Assembly (NCBI GenBank): GCA_030390025.1
Contig: CM059436.1
Location: 81,654,001 to 81,718,000, forward strand
Reading direction: 5' to 3'
DNA length: 64,000 bases
From: Squalus acanthias
Lineage: Eukaryota
The position numbers were made by a program, and so were the translations under genes. Below are positions 1 to 12,961 of this stretch, piece after piece. Within the stretch, counting starts at the first letter, position 1. The number at the start of each line of letters is the position of its first letter. The notes under the pieces were generated by a model. It saw only the letters and a list, made by a program, of their open reading frames with translations. It made no database searches and had not been told where the DNA came from.

Positions 1-555
1 TGCCTCCTGCATAAGTAATAATCATGAAAGTTACCTACTGTTTACTGTAGTAGCCTTTTTTATATATTGTAACTGGCTTTCTAGGTGGTGAGAGTATTAA
101 TTACATTGCTTGACCATGGGCCAACTGCCACAGCAGGTTTCGGTGACCTGCTGTTAAACCCAGCAATGTCACTTAAGCTAATGCTACGCAATGCATGGAG
201 GTGGCTCAGAGATGAGTGAGTGGGAGAAACTTGGCTTAAACTTGGCACCTCCCACAGCAGCGCAGCTGAGATCAGTGCTAGTGCTGTGACAGATTGAACT
301 CAACCCTCATCTCCCTGTTGAACAGTGATAAGAGAGGGACTTTGGATGTGTTAAGAGGATTTTAGAACCTGAGTAGTAATTGAGTTCTAGTACCTTTTGC
401 AAACACCATATATAGCTAGTTCAGTAGTGTTTGTTACTAAAACAGTACAGCTTTTCCATATGTTAATTTAATAATACTGTTGTAACAATTCAGTTAACTT
501 GTGTTTTTACTCTAGGTAACATCAGCCATTCAATAGTGCCTCGGCGTCGACAAGC

Positions 556-604
556 ATGTTCACTTCACGGGTCACTTTCAAAATAAAGGGAGTTACACTT
601 CCAG
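556..604 (+). CDS. GPCPD1: GPCPD1 exon 2 coding part (start codon; MFTSRVTFKIKGVTLP-G)
   Basis: ATG at 556, donor CCAG|GTATTC at 604/605, 49 coding nt; resembles human MTPSQVAFEIRGTLLPG; acceptor tag at 513-515. Confidence 0.9.
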
Positions 605-3114
605 GTATTCTACAAAGGATTAAAGATATATTGAGAATATTGTACAGCAAGTTGTACAAGTAAAAGAGATCATGTAACTCCTGAATGATGAAGTCACAAA
701 TAAGAATACAGGTCTTCACCACAAAGGGAATAACTGCCATATTCAGTGATTTCTCATGCAGTATTAAATTTACACACACGCGCACACACTCTTGTGGATT
801 ACAGGGAAGTAGTACTGGGTCACTTGTTACTTTATCTGTGTAATAAATCTGGTACACAGCAACTGTTCGCCATAGTGTTCTTGGTCACACATTCCTTTAA
901 ATAATATAATTAATCAGAAAAGTGTTTTCCCCTTTGCTCCAATATGGCCATTTCTGATCATTGTTTCCACTTTTTTCTTAAATACATGTATGAACATTTT
1001 TTTTCAGGATAAATCTTGGTTACCTAAGTTTATTTTAGCATACAGTACTTTTGTGATAGCATTGCTAAATTAATTCTTCTTTTGGTCCAGATGTTAGTTT
1101 AAATGGTTCATTTTTGTCGACACAGTGGTATTTCATTTTGTATTTTTGTGTGGAAGAAGTGTTGAATTCTTAAGTTGTGCGTTGCAGGTGAGGATGCTTG
1201 ATAATGACAGTGATTGTCTAAAGTCAGTCAAATCAAAGCTGACCGGTTTAAACCTTCCATGAACTGGTTAAAAGCTCCTGTTATTTAGACAGTTCAACTA
1301 TTTCCTGTTATCGCTTGCTTCTAAGGTTTGGTAACTTACTCTGTTCTGAAAGTGTCTTGTGAGACTGATACTAATTGTCTCCTGAAATAGAAATCATACA
1401 TGTAATCCAAAGACAGTAAACAGGTCTATTGCTCACCCGAGAGACACTACCTCTCAAATTACTTTGCACACGATCACGAGTTCTATTAATTTTATACAGC
1501 CGTGATTCAGAATCTGGTTTGTTTCTAGATTTAAATATAATTTGTTTACACAAAAGTCCAAGGCCAAGTATAAATATATTAGACTCTGATTAAATAATAA
1601 AAGAAGTCCATTCCTAATAATTACCACCATTCCTGGCTATTTTTCTGAATCTGTTTCCAAAATAATAAGATAAAGTTAATAGACTAAAAAGGGCTGAGAA
1701 AAGAAGAATCCAGTTGTTCAATTCTAATATTGATTTTGGGAAAGCCTAAAATCTGTAGTGCTAAATTGTAGATTTGTTCCAAAAATTGGGAATGGATAAA
1801 TGTTTAAAAGAAAAATGTTCTGCAGTCACCAACTATATGCAGCCAGGTTATACCAAATGGCCTAATACAGCTGAATTCCCACATACTGCAAACATGGGAT
1901 GCATTTTTTATTACTTTAAAAAAAAATCTTTCAATTAAATGTTAATTCTAGGATAGTGCATTATACATCAAAGTATGCAACATAATTAACATTGTAACAA
2001 GTTTACAGTCTCGTCCATTTCTATTTCCACATAGATGTACCCACTGTCCTTGGGTTTCCTCTGAGGAGAATAATAAGTGGTAATCCCTTTAACATTTTGT
2101 TCTCTTGAAGCTTTCCATGCGATGCCCCCCTGGGATGGCATACCAATTCTTGTTTGTACTTGAGTAACTGCCTCCTGCAGATCAGTAGCATTTTCTTGTT
2201 TTTGTAGTGTTCAATAAGAGAATGTCTTTGGTGTCAAGAGCTTAAGCACTTTTTTGCCCGTTGGAAGATACAGAAAAATAAATCATTGGCATTAAGCAAT
2301 GTAGGGGTGCTAAGAGATGCTGGCTTCTCCCCTTAAAAGGTGCTAAATCATCCGTTATCTTGGATGCTGAGGTTTAAGCAATCTGTAAATTGAAGAGAAT
2401 TATTTTCCGGTGGCAGTTCGAGGTGTGCAACCAAGATATCTCTTGAGCAGCTTAGTATAGGTGTTATTTGCTGGGTTACAGCAAAAGTTTGTTAGCCTAG
2501 GGAACTCTGGGTTTTAATGCTTTTAAGTCCCAGAAAGTACAGCAAATTTTTTGGCTTATTCTGGAACTTGAGAAGTTCACGAAGGTCACCATTTCACACA
2601 TTTTGGTGGTATGCTTGAGAAATTGGCAGCTTGCAGTTAATCCAAAGGATGCAGTCTTTTATGTTGGAATTTGCAAAGTTTACTTGAAGTATGGCTAGTT
2701 CAACAACAGACATGTAACAAAACAGGGTATTGCTATTCAGCATCATACTGATCCAAAGGGTCTTTGTAAGGGCAGCCACTCAAGGCAATTTTTTCTTTTG
2801 TGTAATTTTTTATTAGTGACGTTAGCTATACTATTTAGAAATAGATTAAAAAGAAGAAATGGAAAATGAGAAGTTTTATGGAAAGTTTTTTGTGTAAGTG
2901 CTTATTGATTGCAGCCTTGGATAACGTGCTTTTATTGTGTGATTAGTTTAACTTAACCAAAGATAGCATAAGCTAAACTATTGTAATTTAGAGTTATTCA
3001 GATAATCAACATCTAAGCCTAGTGGTCAGAGTTCTTAGACAAAGTAGACCTGTTAATCTTCTGTATGCATGTCTACTGTTCCTCAAAGCTAACTTTTTTT
3101 TCTTTGTACTTTAG

Positions 3115-3205
3115 GTGAAGTGTTTGCAGTATGTGGGAATGCAGCTGCACTTGGCAACTGGTACCCTCAGAAAGCTGTGCTTCTGGAACCAGATGCTAAT
3201 GATAG
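3115..3205 (+). CDS. GPCPD1: GPCPD1 exon 3, CBM20 (EVFAVCGNAAALGNWYPQKAVLLEPDAND)
   Basis: Polypyrimidine tract and ttag acceptor, AG|GTAAGT donor; LGNW motif of CBM20. Confidence 0.95.
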
Positions 3206-4388
3206 GTAAGTGTAAGAGAGGATGAATTGCTGTCAGATAAAATGCTCAGTTTTGTGGAAATGTCTTATTGCAGTACAATCATTTCAGTTTACTTGGTCTG
3301 CCAGTTGTCTATCCTGTTTCTCTCTGCAGTTCTAGTTCATTAAAATGTATTTGTTTCTCTTCGCATACGTCTTTGTTCTCTTTCCTTATTTATTTTTCCT
3401 ACTGTTGACCTTTTTCTGAAGATGGAATTGAGGCCTTAATCTGTTGAGTAAATGTCATAGGTGTTACTAGGCTACCTAAGTGGGGGTCCATGATGTGAAA
3501 AAGGTGGTTATTCCTAAACAAGGTTGTGGCTAATACATTTCATTGATTAATTCCTTTTCCTTCAAATGGGGAAAAAATCCTGTCTAGACTAAAGAAGGAA
3601 AGCTGCAAATTGCCCTGTTGCAAGAGGCATCTTTAAGCAATATTGGTTTTGCCAGATATTTTTCCTACTCCTATTATTGATAAGAGCGTTAATATTTTTT
3701 GCCCTTTGCCGTTGACAGTCAAGGGCAAGTTCTGCTAGACTCTTGTTAATTAGGCTTGGCTCCAGGAGTGCAACAATGCTGATGTTATCAATGATTATTG
3801 ATGCAGAGGATTGTTCATGGCTCAGGTCTCAAGTGAATGAGCACATTATAAAGTTTATAATTTCAATCAGCTCCACTATTTCTTTTTTGCCCACCGTTTA
3901 ACAGTTCAGGTTTTGATATGATTTTCAGTGGCCCTGCTATGTGTGTTTTAGTTGTTTTAATATATTAAATTAAAAAAAAAAAACAAGGATATGGTAGAAC
4001 CACAAGGAGTATAGTTGCCTCATGGAATTGATTGCTTTGGTGACTTTTACATCTGTTTTTAGAGGTACTTTTGACTTGGAACAATTATCTCCAAGCACCA
4101 AATTCTATAGTTACTGTAAAGTAGCTGGTACTTTAGAGTTTGTGATTCACTCATCTGCTTGGGCTTGAAGCTAAAAGTTTAAGCATAAAAACAATTCTAG
4201 TTCCAGTACCTTTTTTTCCCTGGTATCAATCTTCAGTCTACCTGCAGTTTTGTATTCCCTTCTGGTCCAAGATGGTAGCACACTGTTCATGTGTGTTTTA
4301 AAGGGTCTAACCAGTTTGGCTTGTGACAGCCTCAGAATGCAAAAACAAATAACCATCATAATAAGCTGCTTCTACCATTTTTCTACAG

Positions 4389-4473
4389 CGCAATGTGGAG
4401 GGCAGCAGTTATTCTCCCAGGAGAGACACTCTTCCAATATCGCTATTTTAAATGTTATGTCATGGAACCCAAG
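4389..4473 (+). CDS. GPCPD1: GPCPD1 exon 4 (SAMWRAAVILPGETLFQYRYFKCYVMEPK)
   Basis: cag acceptor, AAG|GTAAGA donor, 85 nt; QYRYFK motif. Confidence 0.95.
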
Positions 4474-7116
4474 GTAAGACCCATTTTCTGGACAGTACTA
4501 AATGGTAAATAAGTCTAATGTTTGATGGTTTTCTTTTGGAGGATCCTGCTATAGAATCTAGTGGATGATTTGCTCTCAAACTCCTCATTGAGTAAGCAGA
4601 TACTAGGAGGTGGGTACGGCCTGGCCGAAGTTGTTTGTTGTCTGATATTTCCATTTTTCTCTCCCTCCTTCTGGGGAAAGGACAGGATTGGGCTTTCTAC
4701 AGCTGAATAGCCCACTGACATTTGCTGTCACACAGAGGAATCAATTCTTCAGGGGATAAGGGAGAGAAAATGGCAAAGAAAAAAAAAGGGCTTTTTTGGC
4801 CTAAAAATTTTTGCTACTAAAAATTCTTGTGTTCTTAACCCACCCACCTATACAGTGGATGCTATCTGTAATTTTGACGGATAATATCTTGCTGCTTCTG
4901 GTTAAACGTTAAAAAAAAAAAATTATGAATTGACTAGTAGAGGTAGCATAGTGTGTTATTTTGTTCCATTCTCTTGTTCCACATTGGCAACTCCACTCTA
5001 TATAGTGTGTGTTGTCAAAGATTCTCCTTCAGCAAATGTATAGACTTGACCCACATCCCTTCCCATCCCTTTGCATTGTGTTTTTACATGGGCGTTTATT
5101 ATTGGTTGAATCATTTTAGCAGCAGTGAATAATCTGTTGCATCATCTTGCTTACCTGTCTCTCAATTGGCAATAGATTAGCTTCTTTAAAGATTTATTAC
5201 CATTAGAATCCCTTTTAATCAGATTGTTGCAAATAATTCTATTTTTTTCTTTCTATTCTTGTTGGTTTTTAAAATGATGAGTGACAACATTTTGGAGGAA
5301 TTAATAACCTGGGTGCTTCTGTTTCAATTATGTTAATTGATTGCCTCACAATTCACTCTTAATACATTCAAATACAAAACAATCAGTTGCTGTTCTAACC
5401 AAAATATAAAAATCAACAGAAATGGATTGAAGTAAAAGACAACTAAGCTAATTATCAGTGTTGCCACTAGGATTTCTATAAAGCATACGTACGTGGGATT
5501 TTTCTGTTGCTTGAATGGTTGTGTCCTTCCAAACCTGGGTTGTGTCTGGAAAGAGCATTTTGAGTAATATAACATTAAGGCACTGGCAATTACAGGTTTC
5601 TTGCTGTTGATGGTGGAAACAATGTGAGCTGAATGAAAGGTAGCAAACTGTTGTCTGCTTAAATGTAAACTTTCTGGAATTGGTACTAGTATGTCAAATC
5701 AGCCTAGTGACAACACTGATTTATTTTTACATATTTTGATTTTTTTTTTAAAAGAACTGAAACATTTTGAAATGAATCAGTCCTATAATTTTTTTTACTA
5801 TTTGTGTATATGTGGCCATTTTGATTATTTAAAAATACTGCATTGTTGGCATTAATCATCCGATGTACAAACAGGCCCAGATACTTAATCTCTATAACCG
5901 AATGCTGTAGATTTGAGTCTTGTCAGTTTCACAATTTTACAGAAGTTATGTTTAAAAATTGTAATGGACCAGCTGATGCTTTAGGAAGAATACATATGGA
6001 ATGTTAAGGCTGACTTGTTAATTTTTTCTTTTAATTTTTTTTGTGCTCCTCAAGGTGAGTGATGTTCTAACAAGGGAACACTTTTTCACTTTCGGTGCCT
6101 AGCGATAGCATCAGGTACTCCCAGGATGTATGCAGCACAATCATTTGTGGTGTGCTACTCCCTCTGCTTTGCTCAATAATGTTTTTTTTTCTCCATTTCC
6201 CACAACTAACTCTGAAGAATATTGCAAGTAAATTCAGAAATGGAGGAAATTTTATGCCATGGGCCCATGCACCCAAGGAACTGCATTGAGACTGCCCAAC
6301 TGTATTTTGTGTAGATCCTTGCAGCTGGCAGAGGGAGGAGACTTGTCTCATCAGTCTCTGGCTTCAAACTGATATCCTAGAAGTGAAAGGACAGTGTTCA
6401 AATCCACATACCACCTTGCCCCTTTTATAAGTAACTTGAAGACCAGTACTATATTTATTTTGTAGTCTTGGTTTTCAGTAATATTATTTTTGTCATTCAC
6501 AATCTTTTGATGTAATCAAAGAATAGTTACTTGTAATATTGGACAGTGAGTCTAAGAGCTGCATTTTGTACTTGTGTGTGTGGCGCATGTATGATGGTTT
6601 TCAAAAATAAGTAATCCCTCTGTTTCCTATACAGGTCTTGCTGGGCTATGCACCTCCTGCAGACCTGGCAGCCTGTTCCTATGCATCTGCCAGTGCAGCT
6701 CTTCAGTCAGTTAGCCAGCTGGTTGGAGGCTCATGACAATCTGGCAAAAACACTCCTACCAACTTTTCTCTCCTCTAGGGAATTGATGGGACCCATGGCA
6801 GAAATGTTGAGATTGGCACTCTGAAGTAGGAGGTTCAAATCTGCATCTCTCCTGTGGTACCATCTGTTGGTGCTCTGATATGCTGTGCCCCCTAAGCTGT
6901 ACTGTGGTCAATCCAGTTTCAATATTGGTTGCTAATCCTCAGTACCTGTAATTTCAGGCAATCATGTCATTGCATGAAAAGCGCAGAATGAAAAATTTGT
7001 AAACATTCTACCAGAAGTGGTTAGAAACTTGTATCTCTTGTCCTCTGAGCTTGCATTTTCTTCTGGTCCTTTTGTATTATTATAAAGGGCTTTAATCTTT
7101 TTATCACTTGACTCAG

Positions 7117-7192
7117 AACCCTGCTGATCTTCGGCAAGTGCTAGTCAACAAGTGGGAGACTCATCCTCATCCACGATCATTTAATCCGTCGG
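7117..7192 (+). CDS. GPCPD1: GPCPD1 exon 5 (NPADLRQVLVNKWETHPHPRSFNPS)
   Basis: cag acceptor, G|GTATGT donor, 76 nt; KWETH motif. Confidence 0.95.
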
Positions 7193-10100
7193 GTATGTCA
7201 CTACAGTGTATTGAGTTTCTGTTATCTGCCAGGTTGGCAATAGCAGAGGTACATGTGATAAAATTAAGCATCTGACAATTGTCATTTAATTTTCAAATTG
7301 AAAGAATTTTTTTTTTTTTTTTAACGCCAGTCTTTACTCCCACATTATACTTTTGACTCTTTGTGAACCAAACGTCTGTCATGTTGGACAGAAAATATGA
7401 TCAGCAGCACTTCTAAACAGTCATTTATTTTTTTCCCCCTACATTTTCGTGTTCATGTATGGTTACTCTCTCAGTCTACATTCAGGATATTCTGAACCTA
7501 GATTTCATACAGAATAATCCTTTAAACTAAGTCACAGAAATCTGTTTTGTAACAAGGTCTATTTTGTTAGTTCTGCAAGATATTCTATATTGGCTAACAT
7601 TTCAAAGTTTGAAAAGAGGTTTCTTTCACTAGAAATTATTATATTGACCCTATTTTTAAAAGATTTTCCCCCCCCCTTCCCACCTTCTGGTTCGTTTAGC
7701 ACCATTCTTCGTACAGGAGGTTGGACAGGCAGCCTACTCCCGGATCTCTGCTAGTGCTGCCGTCATGCTGCCCACTCAGAGATAAGCAAAGCTAGCTTGG
7801 GATGGCATGTAATCTGTTGTCTTTTTAAATCTTTTTGAATACAATTTCACCCCCCCCCCCCCCCCCCCCACCAATCCAAATTCTTTGGTGAAAAGCTGCC
7901 GAATTCTGTTTTTGGTGCTTTCTTTTATTAACCCATTGGTAATCTGGAACTGGCCATGTGAGAAATTGTGGATGCAGATCTGCTTCCTACCATATTGAAG
8001 CATTAATTAGCTGCATCACTGTACCACCCATTAGCAGTGGTCCTAAATTGATGAGAGAATTTATGTTCCAAATTGGTGTAATTTAAATGTCAAGATTTGA
8101 AGGCCGAATTAAGTATTCTTAGCAAAGAATGCTGTAAACTGAACTTCAAAATGATAGTGTACCACAAATTGACCGTGGTCATGATGTGAACCATATATTG
8201 GACAGCAATTCATGCTGGTGAACAATAATGTATTACTGCATTGTTTTGACTAGATTTCATAATTTTTTTTGAATATTTAAAGTGGTGCTCCTACATGTGG
8301 CTGCGTTGGGTTAAGTACTCCACCATGCTACATTTGCACTGATTTTCATTGCATTTGTGGAAATAATGTTTGGCATCAATGATTCCACTTTTTCCATATG
8401 CATATATTTTATCTTGTGCCATTTTTATGTTGACAGTATACCCTTAAATTTATTTTTTAACTTTTTAATCATACAAAATAGATTTGTTTTACCGTTTGAA
8501 AATTATTGGCCCCTGTCTCAAGTAACTTTATTAAAAAGTTAGTATAAAGATCTGATTTCTATTAAGTATTCTGTACATGTAGTTCTAACTTAAGATTTAG
8601 ATCTCTTCAAAATATGATTTTTGTAATTGTCTCTTTAAAAGTATTCTTTCGCTTCTCCTCTTGGTCCCTTGTGATGTGCACCCTCTGTGGCCAGAAGAGC
8701 CACAAGATAGTCTCTTCAGCCTTCACCTCCATTGCATCTCTGAAACCAGCTGGATGAACTTTTGGGAAGCATGTGGTCTTCCCACAGTTGAGTGAATGGG
8801 GTTGCAACATCGGTGTGCTGAGGCTGAGGAATGCAACATGCATGCCCCTGCCTGGCATTCCACAAAACAGCACGTTGCTGTTTCAGTGTGCTGCACCACA
8901 GCTGCGCTTTCCTCTTAAGAACCTAAAGCACATTAGCTGTTCTCTGTGTGCTGCCACTGAATGTGCCATTTTGCACCTAATTTGCAATTAAGTTTTTATT
9001 AAGGTTTGCATTGTTAAATACAGAAGAAGAAAGCAATTAAAACACCTAAGAGCTATAAAGTTGAGAAGAATTAAATTGCATGTCACAGGTGAGTACAATA
9101 TTTAGAGGCAGGGTGTATAACCCTAAAAAGTAATCATCTGTGCAGACAGCACCAGATAACATCTGATCCTGAAGAAAAGATTTGATGGACGCATGCTGAA
9201 CTAGACACCCAGTTTCCCCAAGATGTCGTTGCTGTAGTTCAGGCAATACCATCTCTGGGTGCTTCAGGAAACTGGGACACCTTTTGGGCCCTCTCCTAGA
9301 TTTCCCTACTTTGCCGTAATGAAGGTAACTATCTCTTACCCTGGCCAGAGACCACTTAAGTTGTGGTCTGGAAAGGCTGACTAACTCCATTACTTTATTG
9401 AAGAAAACTCAGCTTCCTTCCAGTGCCTCAGTACTACCCCTTTCATTGATATTTGCAACTCAAGTGACAGTGTTCCAAGAGCACACCATTGTCAGTGTTG
9501 TAATTTTTTTAAAGACTGGAATTCAATCCTAAGATACTAGCCTGCCCACTGTTATTGGTATGTTCTTTAAGACAGCAATTCCAGTATCACCCAATTTTCT
9601 TGTGCTAATGAAGATATAGAATTGAGCACCGTCCTCTTTATTCTAACTCCAGCAGTTGCCTGATTGAAACTGGTCCCCAGTTGTAAGGCACACCAGGGAC
9701 CAGTATGTCCAATGGAGAATTTGAAATTGTATAGTACATATTTCTCTCGCAGAAGAGAGCTTCGGCATTTTATCCCAAGTGTCTGAGGATGTAATAAATC
9801 CCATATTTTGCACCTACCATAAAGGCAGTTAACATCTTTGGATATCAAATATCTATAGCACTTTGATGCCACTTGCCTCTGCCCAACACACTACTCTATA
9901 AACACTTCCAGAAGAATAGTACTTGGGATCTGGAGACTCAACAGCTGTGTTAGCACCTAATGTTTTTGTATAGGAGGTATTGTTTGTAATGAAACTCTTC
10001 AAATGATCCAAATTCTGATTGTACATAAAGCTTTCCCTATCTCTATTTACCTATTTAAGTGTATGGGCTTCTTTCCTTTGCTATGCTGGAATAAGCTATA

Positions 10101-10289
10101 AGGATGCTCAAGCAAAATGATGGATTTCTTGCGTGCATATGAAGGGCTCTGAAGGTCTCCTATCCAGGCCCCAACACTGGGTATCTCCGAACACAGGAAA
10201 TAAGGACCTGGAGTTTATTAAGCACAAAGTGGACCGCAGTCTTGCCTCCCTCTCCAACAATTAAGTACTAAAGTGTCATGTTACATCAC

Positions 10290-10505
10290 ATCGTATTTAC
10301 AGCACAAACAGGCCATTTGGCCCAACAGGTCCATGTATGTGTTTATGCTCCACACAAGCCTTCTCCTACCCATCTTCATCTAACCCCATCAGCATATCTT
10401 TCTATTCCTTTCTCCCTCATGTTTATCTAGCTTCCCCTTAAATGCATCAATGCTAGTTGCCTCAACTACTCCCTGTGGTAGCGAGTTCCACACTCTAACC
10501 ACTCC
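10290..10505 (-). mobile_element. CR1 3' tail fragment
   Basis: Similar to 16610-16815 (caggccatttggcccaac...aaatgcatc...gtggtagcgagttccac). Confidence 0.75.
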
Positions 10506-11299
10506 CAGTTGAAATTAGTGAGGTGCTGCTTCATGCAGTGCCATATGGTATAATTATAAGATAGGGGATTCCAAGATCTGTCCAGTACTTTACCATGCGC
10601 AGTGCCCAGAAACTGAAACAAAGGCTGCCTGTAGCGGAGATAATTGTTCGAGCTCATAATTTTAAAAAGTATATCAGTAAAGTGGTTGGGGACATATTAA
10701 GAATGTAGTTTGTCATCGGTGTAGTAGTCATTTTTAGGCAACTCACTCCACTCCAAAAAGTAAGGTTGAATGGAGGCCTCTTACTAAAACACTCACCTAT
10801 TTGAGCTATGGCCGTATCCATTTTTAGCGGTATTAACCATTCTGCATCCACAGCGAACTTCATAAAATGCTAAAGCCCATCCCTGGCCCTGAACAACAAG
10901 CATCAAATCTTTGCCATATAATGACACAATTTAGAGGTGCAAGTTCAGTCTAAACCCTGTTTAATAACTTAACTAGGTGAAGTAGCATTGGCACAGAGGG
11001 GTGGACTTTAACCATGAGAATATTTTCTTAATAAAGTGCATTTTTATGCATCTAGCTGCTTTGCTTCCAATGCAAGAGCAAGCTACAAGGTGATGTAGTG
11101 CACACATACTGAAGGATTTCCATCAATTTTGAAAGAGCTATGGTTGGCTGACGTGTTGAAGGCTCATAGTACCAAAAGTATGCTTAATAAGTATGTGAAA
11201 CAGATAAACATTTCTTGTTTGGTTAGTTGCCTCTTCATCAAGGGACACGCTGTAAGGCAGCTTAGAACTGAACAAAATGGGTGAGATTAGCAAATTATT

Positions 11300-11804
11300 G
11301 GTGGGAATTTTAACTCCTGAGCATTAAAGCAGCCTAGTGAGTGACCGGCCCGGCCAGGTGAGTAGCAACTGGAGGCCAAGCTTTATTAACATGCCGCTGG
11401 CCAGCTTCCCATCCAAAATGACTAGGAAGGACAATCGCCGGGCCCAGGGTAAATGGCAGGGGGGGTGGTTCTGGGGCGGTCAGCAGTTCAGGATGCACTG
11501 GGTGGGAAGGAGAAGTCTACAATTCCCTTGTGGGGCCCAGAGGAGCAATCTGCTCCTCCTAGTCCCACAAAGGAAAGTTTTAAACTTGCCTTACAGGACT
11601 TCTTCAATGGTTTGACCAGGTTCTTGCTCTCACTGACTTCCTGGTTACGATACCATGGAGGTCCTATTGATGGAATAGGACCCAGATTTGCATAAATGTT
11701 TGAGGCTGCTGCCTAATTCGGGTGGCTGCCTCATATGCCAGATAAATCAGCCATTTTAAAAAGCACACCACCTGGTTTCTGCCAGGTGGTGTTAAACATT
11801 CTCC
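11300..11804. mobile_element. Putative non-autonomous DNA transposon (PIF/Harbinger-like), old copy
   Basis: Imperfect inverted ends ggtgggaattttaac / gttaaacattctcc, ATT on both flanks, subterminal hairpin accacctgg...ccaggtggt; superfamily is inferred. Confidence 0.5.
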
Positions 11805-12363
11805 ATTGTCTTATTAAAGATAATTTCATAGCAATAAAGCTGATCTCATTACACATGCAGTGATTTGTCTCAGTTTTTGATTATACTGTTGAAACCTATG
11901 TTTAATAGGAATGCTGGTTGCTATGCTGCTCTTGGGTCCTTATCTTCCTTATAGATCACTAATCAGTGCAGTAGTCATTGTCCCCCTCACTCTCCCTGAC
12001 TGTCACTGGCTATGGGGAAGGAAATTACTAAAAATGTTTTTTTCAAGTTTTACAATTTTATTTACATTTTAAGGGCTGGAAATGACCTTCAGTGCTCAGT
12101 ATGCTACCCAGGAAAAGTGTTGGATAACTTTTTTTCTTTGTTTTTAGTGATGGGTCTGTGGTAAAAAGTACTTCAATGTTGCACATTACAAAAAAATCAA
12201 GTAAAGCCTGTGCATCAGGGAGGAAAAAATGTACCTTTTTTAAATTAATAATTTTAGTCCATCTTTACAACTAGGAACACACAATTGTTTAATTTTGAAC
12301 TGGGTAATGTTGTCTGCTACAACAATTATTGACTTCTCCCAATGCTTCCTTTCTCTGTTCTAG

Positions 12364-12405
12364 AAGAAGAGTGCATTTTGGATGATGGATACTTTGGGAT
12401 CCACA
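12364..12405 (+). CDS. GPCPD1: GPCPD1 exon 6 (EEECILDDGYFGIH)
   Basis: tag acceptor, A|GTAAGT donor, 42 nt; DDGxFGIH motif. Confidence 0.93.
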
Positions 12406-12607
12406 GTAAGTGTGCTGCAATTTTTTTTATTGACTAGTGTTAATGTGAGACAAAATAACATTCATAAATATAGGATCACCTGTGGCACAACTCATAAGTT
12501 GGATGATGCTGTTTTATAAAGACAGAAGTAATATACCTTGTAATATAATGTCTTCTCCTAAGATGGAGCTGTGTCTTTCTAAAACCACATAGTCTAATTG
12601 TTAAGTA

Positions 12608-12961
12608 CAGGAAACTCTTTATTAACCGGCACCCAAATATCCGGAAATCTCTCTTAACCGGCAAAATTCTTGAGTAGGTAACCGGGGTTTTCCTTCATCT
12701 CTCCACACTGGATCGTAGCATTATATGGGACAAGTCTTTGCTGAATGCTCGCTGTAAGATCTGTCACAAGAAGGGAGATGCAGAAATTCTTTAATGTGAC
12801 CGGGGTTCCTGCACCTGTGGCCGTGCACCAGGGACTCCTGGATCTGTGGCCATGTACGGGGCTCCCCGTACCTTGGTAGATATAACTCTCCGTTATCCGG
12901 ACTTTTTGATAAACCGGCACCATGCCGGTCCCGTCGGTGCCGGTTAATAAAGAGTTTCCTG
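12608..12961. mobile_element. Non-autonomous Tc1/mariner (Tigger/pogo-type) MITE, 354 bp
   Basis: Perfect 26-bp TIRs CAGGAAACTCTTTATTAACCGGCACC (12608-12633 and 12936-12961), flanked by TA on both sides. Confidence 0.93.

Noticed and set aside
1-515. GPCPD1 promoter or first exon
   Set aside because: AT-rich, CpG-poor and ending in an acceptor site, so it looks like the end of intron 1; the promoter is probably upstream of the window
522-857. 111-aa antisense ORF over the start exon
   Set aside because: No recognisable features; consistent with a chance ORF
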